Part shown: positions 55,531 to 62,993 of the stretch, piece by piece
Layout: each line of letters opens with the position of its first letter
Numbering within the stretch: the stretch's first letter is position 1
Assembly: GCA_039796295.1 (NCBI GenBank)
Contig: JBDKJY010000021.1
Coordinates: 34,868-98,867 of the forward strand
Direction: 5' to 3'
Length of the DNA stretch: 64,000 nt
DNA from: Verrucomicrobiota bacterium
Lineage (GTDB): Bacteria > Verrucomicrobiota > Verrucomicrobiia > Limisphaerales > SXTU01
Notes under the pieces: model-generated
The model's input: only the letters and a program-made list of their open reading frames with translations
Database searches by the model: none
Told to the model about the DNA's origin: nothing
Position numbers and translations under genes: made by a program

Positions 55531-55642
55531 GTCTTGGAGTGCGGCGGCCCTCCGCCGCTTTTTCGGGGGGCGCACGAACCTCCGCACATTCCCTTCCCGC
55601 ACGCCACGGGAAGAGCGCCCGAGAACTGGCGCACTCCAAGAC
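55531..55642. repeat. palindromic element, TTGGAGTGCG...CGCACTCCAA family (copy 2)
   Basis: Perfect 13-bp terminal inverted repeat GTCTTGGAGTGCG (55531-55543) / CGCACTCCAAGAC (55630-55642), with an inner hairpin CTTCCCG..CGGGAAG. Confidence 0.7.
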
Positions 55643-55737
55643 GCGTCGCGAGTCAGTGGGCCACCGCCGTTTGCCTCGTCCGGCAAGCCGCCCGAATTCC
55701 CTTCCCACCCATCGCGTCCATCCCGCCGCTTATCGCC

Positions 55738-57063
55738 ATGCTCGACATCCGCCTGAATCCAAACCCGCACCGCTTCTGCAACGGCTGGGCCCGCCGCGAC
55801 TTCCTCCGGGTCGGCGCGCTCGCCCCACTCGGCCTCGCGCTGCCGTCGCTGCTCGCGGCGGAGAAGGCCGCTGGCAACGACAAGAAAGCCCGCGCCAAGT
55901 CCGTCGTGCTCGTCTATCTCGGCGGCGGCCTCTCGCACCACGACAGCTTTGATCTGAAGCCCGACGCGTCCTCCGAGATTCGCGGCAAATACACCGAGAT
56001 TCCCACCAACGTCCCCGGCCTGCACATCGGCGAGTTGCTGCCCAAGATGGCCAAGACGATGGACAAGCTCACGCTCGTCCGCTCCGGCGCGCACAACAAC
56101 GACCATCACGAGACCGCCACGAACTGGGTGCTCTCCGGCCGCTTCGGCTCCGCGTTCGGCGATTACCCGGCGATGGGCGCGGTGGTCGCGGAGCGCACCG
56201 GTTTCCGGGGCGTGATGCCGCCTTACGTGGCCGTGCCGCGCAACCCGTCCTTCACCTGGGAGCTGGGGAAAAGCGCCTTCCTCGGCGGCCGCTGCGAATC
56301 CTTCAAAGCCGGCGATCCGAACGCGGAGAACTTCAAAGTCCGCGACCTCTCGCTGCCCGCCGACGTGAAGCGCGAGAACGCCGAGCGCCGCAAGTCCTTG
56401 CTCGGCGCGGTGGACAATCTCGCGAAGCGCATCGAGGGCAACGATCAGCTCGCGACCTATGGTGAGTTCCAGCAACGCGCCGCCGAGATGGTCCTCTCGC
56501 GTGAGGCGCAGAACGCCTTCGCCCTCGAACAGGAGACGGAGAAGCTGCGCGATGACTACGGGCGGAACACCTTTGGCCAAAGCGTTCTGCTCGCGCGTCG
56601 CCTCGTGCAGCACGGCGTGCGCTTCGTGACGGTGAACTACGGCGGCTGGGACCATCACGCGAAGATTTTCCCCGGCCTGGAGAAGAAGCTCCCCGAGTTT
56701 GATCAAGGTTTCTCGACCTTCCTCCACGACATGGACGCGCACGGTTTGCTGAAGGACACGCTGGTCCTGTGCATGGGCGAGTTCGGCCGCTCGCCGAAAA
56801 TCAACAAGGACATCGGGCGCGACCACTGGGGCCAGGCGGCGAGCCTGCTCTTCGCCGGTGCTGGCGTGGCGCGCGGCAAGGTCGTGGGCGCGACCGACCG
56901 CACCGGCGCCTTCGTGACTGACACGCCGGTAAAACCCGCCGATGTGGCGTGGACCATCTACGACAGCCTCGGCCTCGACCCGCGCGGCGAAATCCACACG
57001 CCGGATGGGCGGCCCGTGGGCATCCTCGATGAGGGGCGGCTGGTGACGGAGCTGTTCGGCTGA
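55738..57063 (+). CDS. DUF1501 domain protein (second copy)
   Basis: RRDFLRVGALAPLGLALPSLLA, SVVLVYLGGGLSHHDSFDLKPDA, GGWDHHA and GEFGRSP. ATG at 55738; the ORF-track start at 55507 lies in the repeat element. Confidence 0.85.
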   Translation: MLDIRLNPNPHRFCNGWARRDFLRVGALAPLGLALPSLLAAEKAAGNDKKARAKSVVLVYLGGGLSHHDSFDLKPDASSEIRGKYTEIPTNVPGLHIGELLPKMAKTMDKLTLVRSGAHNNDHHETATNWVLSGRFGSAFGDYPAMGAVVAERTGFRGVMPPYVAVPRNPSFTWELGKSAFLGGRCESFKAGDPNAENFKVRDLSLPADVKRENAERRKSLLGAVDNLAKRIEGNDQLATYGEFQQRAAEMVLSREAQNAFALEQETEKLRDDYGRNTFGQSVLLARRLVQHGVRFVTVNYGGWDHHAKIFPGLEKKLPEFDQGFSTFLHDMDAHGLLKDTLVLCMGEFGRSPKINKDIGRDHWGQAASLLFAGAGVARGKVVGATDRTGAFVTDTPVKPADVAWTIYDSLGLDPRGEIHTPDGRPVGILDEGRLVTELFG

Positions 57064-57098
57064 GTCGTAGCCGCCGAGGTAAGGAGGCGGATTCTCAA

Positions 57099-57878
57099 AT
57101 GCGCTTAACCCGATCGGTCCGCCTCCTCACGTCGGTGGCTATATTTGTTCTGGCCGCCGTCTCCTTCGTCTGCGCTCAAGACAAGAAGGCCGAAGACAAG
57201 TCCCCCAAGGCCATCCTCGCTGTCCCGCTCGGCATCCTCGCTGGCAAGACCAACACGGTGGAAATCCGCGGCTTGAACCTCGACACCGCCAAGGCGTTGC
57301 ACTTCACCAACCCCGCCGTGAGCTCCCGCATCGCCTCGAAGGGCAAGGCCGACGTGCCGCAGAACCAGAAGAAAGAGCGGCTTGGTGACACGCAGGTGAA
57401 GGCTGCGGTCTTCGTCCCCGCTGACTTCAAGGGCGACGAAGCCGTCTTCACCGTCGAGACGACGGACGGCCAGTCCGCGCCCGCGAAGCTCGCCGTGCTG
57501 CGCGCCGGCGCGTTCACCGAGGAAGTGGAGGACAACGGCTCTTTCGCCAAGCCGCAGGTTGTCGCGCTCCCCATCACCGTGCGCGGTGGCATCAAGGCCG
57601 CACAGGACGTGGACGTGTTCGCCTTCGAGGGCAAGGCGGGCCAGCGCGTGACCGCCGAAATCCTCGCTGCGCGCCTCGGCTCGCCCCTTGACGCCACGCT
57701 CACGCTCTGGAACGCCACCAACACCCTGCTCGCCTCCGCCGATGATTCGCCCGGCGACCGCGACCCGCGCCTCGCCTTCACGCTGCCCGCCGCTGGCCGC
57801 TACTTTCTCGTCGTGCAAGACGCGCACGATGCCGGCAGCGCTTTGCACGGTTACCTGCTCAAGGTCGAGGCGAAGTAA
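57099..57878 (+). CDS. secreted protein with a C-terminal pre-peptidase (PPC)-like domain
   Basis: Signal peptide, then DVDVFAFEGKAGQRVTAEILAARLGSPLDATLTLWNATNTLLASADDSPGDRDPRLAFTLPAAGRYFLVVQD, which fits the PPC pattern. Confidence 0.55.
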   Translation: MRLTRSVRLLTSVAIFVLAAVSFVCAQDKKAEDKSPKAILAVPLGILAGKTNTVEIRGLNLDTAKALHFTNPAVSSRIASKGKADVPQNQKKERLGDTQVKAAVFVPADFKGDEAVFTVETTDGQSAPAKLAVLRAGAFTEEVEDNGSFAKPQVVALPITVRGGIKAAQDVDVFAFEGKAGQRVTAEILAARLGSPLDATLTLWNATNTLLASADDSPGDRDPRLAFTLPAAGRYFLVVQDAHDAGSALHGYLLKVEAK

Positions 57879-57947
57879 GGCCGTTGCGCACCTGCTGCGC
57901 GAGGTTTGCACTTCGCGGCCTTGCGCGACTGCGCTAGGGTCTCCGGC

Positions 57948-58925
57948 ATGCGAATTTTGACGGGCATCCAACCTTCCGGGGCGTTGCACCTCGGCAACTA
58001 CTTCGGCGCCATGCGCCCCGCTATTGAGCTGCAAACCCAAGGCGAGGCCTTCTACTTCATCGCGAACTACCACTCGATGACCTCGCTCACCGACGCGAAG
58101 CTCCGCCGCCAATACACGCTCGACGTGGCGCTGGACTTCCTCGCCTGCGGCCTCGATCCCGCGCGCTGCGTCTTCTGGGTGCAGTCCGAAGTGCCGGAAG
58201 TTGCCGAACTCGCGTGGCTTCTCTCGACGGTCACACCTATGGGCCTGCTCGAACGTTGCCACAGCTTCAAGGACAAGGTCGCCAAGCTCGGCGATGGCGA
58301 GATCGGCTCGGTGAACCACGGCCTGTTCGCCTATCCCGTGCTCATGGCGGCGGACATTCTCCTCTTCGACTCGAACGTCGTCCCCGTCGGCAAGGACCAG
58401 AAGCAGCACCTTGAAGTCACGCGCGACATCGCCGGCAAGTTCAACCAGCTCTACGGCCAAACCTTCGTCATCCCCGAGCCGCGCATCCGCGAAGAAGGTG
58501 CCGCCGTGCCGGGCCTCGACGGCCAGAAGATGAGCAAGAGCTACGGCAACACCATCGAGCTTTTCGGCGAGGAAAAGGCCACGCGGAAGAAGATCATGGG
58601 CATCGTCATGGACTCGCGCACCCCCGCCGAGCCCAAGCCCGACGCGGACAAGAACCTCGCCGTCCAGCTCCTCAAGCTCGTCGCCCCTGCCGACGTGGCC
58701 ACCGACACCGAAAACCGCCTCCGCGCCGGCGGCCTTGGCTACGGCGACTTGAAGAAAGCCCTCTTTGAGCACTACTGGCAGCACTTCGCCGCCGCCCGCA
58801 CCAAGCGGGCCGAACTCGCCGCCAACCAAGACTACGTCCGCCAGATTCTCCGCGACGGAGCCGAAAAGGCCCGCGCCGTGGCCACGCAGGTCTTGCAGCG
58901 CGCGAAGACGGCGAGCGGGTTGTAG
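57948..58925 (+). CDS. trpS: tryptophan--tRNA ligase
   Basis: MRILTGIQPSGALHLGNYFGA (HIGH-type) and KMSKSYGN (KMSKS). Confidence 0.9.
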   Translation: MRILTGIQPSGALHLGNYFGAMRPAIELQTQGEAFYFIANYHSMTSLTDAKLRRQYTLDVALDFLACGLDPARCVFWVQSEVPEVAELAWLLSTVTPMGLLERCHSFKDKVAKLGDGEIGSVNHGLFAYPVLMAADILLFDSNVVPVGKDQKQHLEVTRDIAGKFNQLYGQTFVIPEPRIREEGAAVPGLDGQKMSKSYGNTIELFGEEKATRKKIMGIVMDSRTPAEPKPDADKNLAVQLLKLVAPADVATDTENRLRAGGLGYGDLKKALFEHYWQHFAAARTKRAELAANQDYVRQILRDGAEKARAVATQVLQRAKTASGL

Positions 58926-58931
58926 TCCCCG

Positions 58932-59003
58932 CTCGTAATCTTAATCCTGCTCTCTCCCGAAGCGTGGGAGGGGCAGGATTAAGTTCAGGATTACGATTAC
59001 GAA
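58932..59003. terminator. palindromic element between convergent trpS and the permease gene (GCAGGATTA..GGATTACGA family)
   Basis: CTCGTAATCTTAATCCTGCTCTCTCCC (58932-58958) versus GGGAGGGGCAGGATTAAGTTCAGGATTACGA (58966-58996). Same arm motif as 28231-28256. Confidence 0.5.
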
Positions 59004-59019
59004 CCGGAGGAGGCAGCCC

Positions 59020-60327
59020 TCACCATCCGAACATCACCAGCGCGATCAGGGCGAAGAGCGGCACCAGGATCGGCAGCGCGTAGTGGAGGAAGTATGCGCC
59101 GAAGGACGGCGTCTTGACCTTCGCGGCGTCGGCGATGGACTTGACCATGAAGTTTGGTCCGTTGCCGATGTAGGTCATCGCCCCGAAGAACACCGCGCCG
59201 AGCGAGATGGCGAGCAGTTCAGCGCCATGCTGCGTGCTGAAGGCCAGCACGTCCGTCGGCTGGCTCAAGCTCACGCCCTGCCGGCCCATCGCAGCGGCGA
59301 GGAAGGTCAGGTAGGTCGGCGCGTTGTCCAGCACGCCGGAGAGCGCGCCGGTGCACCAGTAGAACTTCAGCGCGCTGTTCAGGCCGAGCTGGGCGGCGTG
59401 GGTTTCGAGGTAGTCCAGCGCGGGCACCATCGTCGCGAAGATGCCCAGAAAGAGCCACGCAACTTCCTTCACCGGGGCGAAGGTGAAGTCATTCGCCTCA
59501 TGCACCGGCTTGGGCGTGGTGAAGTAGGAGCCGACGGCGGCGGCAACCATGAGCGCCTCGCTCAGGCCGGGCGGGTTGCGCAGGAAGACGGCGGCGAGGA
59601 TGAGGCCGAGGAAGGCGAGATTGTGCAGGCCGTCCACTTGCCACTTCTCCTGCGCGGTTTCCTTGTCGCGGACGGGTTTGGGCGCGCGGAGGAAGTTGCG
59701 GTGGTCGAGCACGTAGAAGACGCCGAGGAGGCCGAAGACGGCGATGCCCCAGGCCGGCCAGCAGTGCGTCAGCGTCCACCCGAACGGCACGCCGCGCAGG
59801 TAGCCGAGGAAGAGCGGCGGGTCGCCGATGGGCGTGAGGCAGCCGCCGACGTTGCTGACGATGAAGATGAAGAAGACGATGTGAAACGCGGTGATGCGAT
59901 ACTTGTTCATCCGAATCCACGGGCGGATGAGCAGCATGGACGCGCCGGTGGTGCCGACGAAGTTCGCCAACACCGCGCCGATGAGGAGAAAGACGCAGTT
60001 CACACCCGGCGTGGCCTCGCCCTTCACTCGGATGTGGATGCCCCCGCTCACGACGAAGAGCGAGCCGATGAGCGCGATGAAGCTGACGTATTCGTGCGCG
60101 ACGTGGAGCATCCGCACTGGCGCACCCAAACCGAGCACGTAGTAAAGCGTCGTGATGGTCCCCAGCCCGAGCGCGACATGATGGTAGTGATGCTCCCACC
60201 AGTGTTTGTTGAGGAAGGGACCGAGCGCGATGGCTGCCAGCAGCAGCGCGAACGGAAGTATCATGCCCGGATGCGGTTCAGACCCCGCGCCAGCAGCGGC
60301 GAGCAATGGTGAAATGGCGGTGAACAT
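59020..60327 (-). CDS. ArsB/NhaD-superfamily permease (putative sodium:proton antiporter / anion permease)
   Basis: About 11 TM helices, with WWEHHYHHVALGLG, LLIRPWIRMNKYR and GGCLTPIGDPPLFLGYL. ATG 60327 (MFTAISPLL) is preferred over the track start at 60480. Confidence 0.7.
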   Translation of the reverse strand: MFTAISPLLAAAGAGSEPHPGMILPFALLLAAIALGPFLNKHWWEHHYHHVALGLGTITTLYYVLGLGAPVRMLHVAHEYVSFIALIGSLFVVSGGIHIRVKGEATPGVNCVFLLIGAVLANFVGTTGASMLLIRPWIRMNKYRITAFHIVFFIFIVSNVGGCLTPIGDPPLFLGYLRGVPFGWTLTHCWPAWGIAVFGLLGVFYVLDHRNFLRAPKPVRDKETAQEKWQVDGLHNLAFLGLILAAVFLRNPPGLSEALMVAAAVGSYFTTPKPVHEANDFTFAPVKEVAWLFLGIFATMVPALDYLETHAAQLGLNSALKFYWCTGALSGVLDNAPTYLTFLAAAMGRQGVSLSQPTDVLAFSTQHGAELLAISLGAVFFGAMTYIGNGPNFMVKSIADAAKVKTPSFGAYFLHYALPILVPLFALIALVMFGW

Positions 60328-60405
60328 CGCGGCGGATGGTTCAGGAAGTCCGGGCGCGGGAGCAAGCGGCAATGCCAGCCGACTTCCTACCCCTGAACCG
60401 GCATC

Positions 60406-60455
60406 GAGTCCCGGCTTTAGCCGGAGGGACACCCGGCCAGCTAAAGCCGGGACTC
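60406..60455. repeat. REP-like hairpin pair, GAGTCCCGGCTTnAGCCGG family
   Basis: GAGTCCCGGCTTTAGCCGG (60406-60424) versus GGCCAGCTAAAGCCGGGACTC (60435-60455). Confidence 0.65.
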
Positions 60456-60610
60456 CATGCCCAAGCCACCGCCGGTTCAAGGGCCGAAATCGCGGCAGTT
60501 GGCGGGCCGTTGGTTCTCTCCCCGCTCCGGCGTAGTGGGGAGAGTGGGTTCACCGGCCGTGGTGCGGGTGCCAAGTTGCGCTCTTTCGGACCGCAGACTG
60601 GAATTGCCAA

Positions 60611-60639
60611 TTGACTTTTGGGCACCGGAAAATTGCAAT
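60611..60639 (+). promoter_or_regulatory. possible sigma70-like promoter of fabH
   Basis: TTGACT (60611-60616), a 17-nt spacer, then TGCAAT (60634-60639), 14 nt upstream of the ATG. Weak, motif-only evidence. Confidence 0.2.
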
Positions 60640-60652
60640 CCGCGCCACTTTA

Positions 60653-61690
60653 ATGAGCCCACTACCCGCTCGCGACTTCACCAATCCCCGCGCCAAGCAC
60701 GGCTTCCAAGGGCGCACCTGCTCTGTGACCGGCGTGGGGGCCTACGTGCCGGCACGCCGGGTGACCAACGCGGACATGGAGAAGCTCGTCGATACGACCG
60801 ACGAATGGATCACCAGCCGCACCGGCATCAAGGCCCGGCATTTCGCGGCTGACGACGAGTTCTGCTCCGACCTCGCCGCCAAGGCCGCTGAACGCGCCAT
60901 GGCCCAAGCCGGCGTCACCGCCGACCAGATTGACCTCATCATCGTCGCCACCATCACGCCGGACATGGCGTTCCCCTCCACCGCGTGCTTGGTGCAGCAC
61001 AAGATCGGGGCGAAGCGCGCGGCGGCCTTCGACCTGGAGGCGGCGTGCTCCGGCTTCATCTACGCGTTGGAAGTCGGCCAGCAGTTCATCATGTCACGCA
61101 CCAGCGAGTGCGTGCTGGTCATCGGCGCGGAGAAACTGTCCTCGATCATGGACTGGAAGGACCGCACTACTTGCGTGCTCTTCGGCGACGGCGCGGGCGC
61201 GGCGGTGCTCCAGCATCGGCCCGACTCGCACGGCTTGCTCACCGCCTGCATGGGCGCGGATGGCGGGAAGGCCGGGCTGCTCTCCCAACCCGGCGGCGGC
61301 TGCCGCTTTCCCGCCACGCACGAAAGCGTGGACCAGCGGCTGCACTACCTGAAAATGGACGGCAAAGAAGTCTTCAAGAACGCCGTCAACGCCATGTGCA
61401 CCGCCGCGCGCGAGGCCTTGGCGCGCTGCGAACTCACCGTCAGCCAGCTTAAGTGCATCATCCCGCACCAGGCCAACCAGCGCATCATCGACGCCGTGGT
61501 GGACCGGCTCGAAGCCAAGCCGGAGCAGATGTTCGTGAACCTCGACAAGTATGGGAACACCTCTGCCGCCAGCGTGGCCATCGCGTTGGACGAGGCGGTG
61601 AGCACCGGGAAGATCCAGCGCGGCGACCTCGTGCTGCTCGTCGTCTTCGGCGCGGGCCTGACGTGGGGCGCGGCGGTGATCGAGTGGTAG
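60653..61690 (+). CDS. fabH: beta-ketoacyl-ACP synthase III
   Basis: TDEWITSRTGI, AACSGFIYAL (active Cys), IPHQANQRII and GNTSAASVAIAL. Confidence 0.9.
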   Translation: MSPLPARDFTNPRAKHGFQGRTCSVTGVGAYVPARRVTNADMEKLVDTTDEWITSRTGIKARHFAADDEFCSDLAAKAAERAMAQAGVTADQIDLIIVATITPDMAFPSTACLVQHKIGAKRAAAFDLEAACSGFIYALEVGQQFIMSRTSECVLVIGAEKLSSIMDWKDRTTCVLFGDGAGAAVLQHRPDSHGLLTACMGADGGKAGLLSQPGGGCRFPATHESVDQRLHYLKMDGKEVFKNAVNAMCTAAREALARCELTVSQLKCIIPHQANQRIIDAVVDRLEAKPEQMFVNLDKYGNTSAASVAIALDEAVSTGKIQRGDLVLLVVFGAGLTWGAAVIEW

Positions 61691-61726
61691 GCGAGCGGCG
61701 CGTAGCTACCAACCCGCGCCCCGTTC

Positions 61727-61825
61727 GGAGTCCCGCCTTCAGGCGGCACCGTGTTCGAGCGCCCAAGACCGCTCCGCGCGACAGCGCCTATTGCTCCATG
61801 CGCCCTACCGGCTGAAGCCGGGACT
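61727..61825. repeat. REP-like pair (GGAGTCCCGCCTTCAGGCGG ... CCGGCTGAAGCCGGGACTC), copy A
   Basis: The left hairpin unit is at 61727-61746 and the inverted right unit at 61807-61825. Confidence 0.65.
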
Positions 61826-61863
61826 CTATACCGGCAGTCTCATCAAGCAGCCCGGCTCGAGCT

Positions 61864-62589
61864 TCAAGGGTTCGGCGTGGGCGTAGGCGTGGGCGTAGGC
61901 TCCGGGGTTGCGGCGTGCCCACCGCCGGTGTCCACGATGATCCGCGCCCGCTTCCACGCTTCGATGAAGCGCCGGCCCAGCTCCGACCCATCGAACTGCA
62001 ACACCAAGTCATCCAAGTCCCGCACCTGCTCCACCACGCTCGCCACATCCGTCTCCACCTCCTTGAGCAACGTGCTGCGGTTCACGATCTGCCCGCGCGG
62101 CGCGCTCATCAGCCCGCTGAAACTCGTGATCGCCCCCGTCAACACCGCCGTGCGCGCCGCCGTCACCCCACGCCCTGCCGCCCCCGGCTCCGCCTGCGCC
62201 GCCAACGCCAGATCCCGAATCTCCGTCGTCTTGGCGATCAAATCCTGATTCCGCAGCTCCACAATCTCCGTCTTCGTCACATCCACCTTCGCGCGATTCG
62301 TGAGATTGCCGGACTTCTTGAAATGATTCGCCAGCGCGCGGGCCAGGACATGGGCCGCATTCTCCAACGCCTCCTCCGCCACCGCCTTGGCATCCGCCGC
62401 CCCGCCGCCTGAGGCCTCCGCTTGGGCGGACTTGCTGATCACCGCCCCGTAATCTGCCCCGAGCTGCGCGATGTCTGCCTCGAAATCCGCCGGTTCCTTC
62501 CCGAGCCAGACCGGTTTGTAATCCGCACTGTTGGCGACCGTGAGGCAAGCCCCGGCCATGGTGAGTTGATTCGCGAGACGTAGGTTCAT
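61864..62589 (-). CDS. hypothetical all-alpha protein with a C-terminal (Thr-Pro)n tail
   Basis: High-GC3 frame MNLRLANQLTMAGACLTVANSADYKPVWLGK...TGGGHAATPEPTPTPTPTPNP. No motif recognised. Confidence 0.55.
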   Translation of the reverse strand: MNLRLANQLTMAGACLTVANSADYKPVWLGKEPADFEADIAQLGADYGAVISKSAQAEASGGGAADAKAVAEEALENAAHVLARALANHFKKSGNLTNRAKVDVTKTEIVELRNQDLIAKTTEIRDLALAAQAEPGAAGRGVTAARTAVLTGAITSFSGLMSAPRGQIVNRSTLLKEVETDVASVVEQVRDLDDLVLQFDGSELGRRFIEAWKRARIIVDTGGGHAATPEPTPTPTPTPNP

Positions 62590-62697
62590 AGAGCTGAGTG
62601 TTTTCGCTGACGGGTTAAGTTCTCGGTGACGGCAATAGTGAAGTGAATCTCAATCCGGCTGACAAGTAGGTTTTGGCCCCTGCACGGAATCCCCGCA

Positions 62698-62797
62698 CGG
62701 AGTCCCGCCTTCAGGCGGCGGGGCGTCCGAACTCCACCAACGCCGCCTACATAAACATCCCTGACTCCCTCCCTCCCACCGGCTGAAGCCGGGACTC
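62698..62797. repeat. REP-like pair, copy B
   Basis: CGGAGTCCCGCCTTCAGGCGG (62698-62718) and ACCGGCTGAAGCCGGGACTC (62778-62797), the same arms as copy A with an unrelated 60-nt core. Confidence 0.65.
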
Positions 62798-62805
62798 CGT
62801 GCCGC

Positions 62806-62993
62806 TCACCTCCCGTGCGTCTCGATCTCCCACTCGCGGTGGGCGAGGTAGCCCAGCCTGAGGAGAACCCCAAGCGCCACGAAGTTGAACGCCCACCCCG
62901 CCCCGCCGCTCCCCGCCGCGAAGGCCTTCCCATTGGCCGCGAGCTAACCACTCGCCACCACACTCAACAGCCGGAAGAACTGCCGCTTGGGAT
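62806..62993 (-). pseudogene. disrupted 3' continuation (TM tail) of the COR-domain gene
   Basis: A frame shifted by one nt relative to the COR ORF reads GVAVAVFVGMLVLNPKRQFFRLLSVVASG-TAG(62944-62946)-LAANGKAFAAGSGGAGWAFNFVALGVLLRLGYLAHREWEIETHGR-TGA(62806-62808), with high GC3. Confidence 0.4.

Noticed and set aside
62944-62946. In-frame TAG (and the TAA at 37272) as possible recoding (pyrrolysine or readthrough)
   Set aside because: No pyl genes or recoding signals are visible in the window. TAA is not a known recoding codon here, and both loci carry additional lesions (a frameshift, a missing start), which fits decay or sequencing error better.
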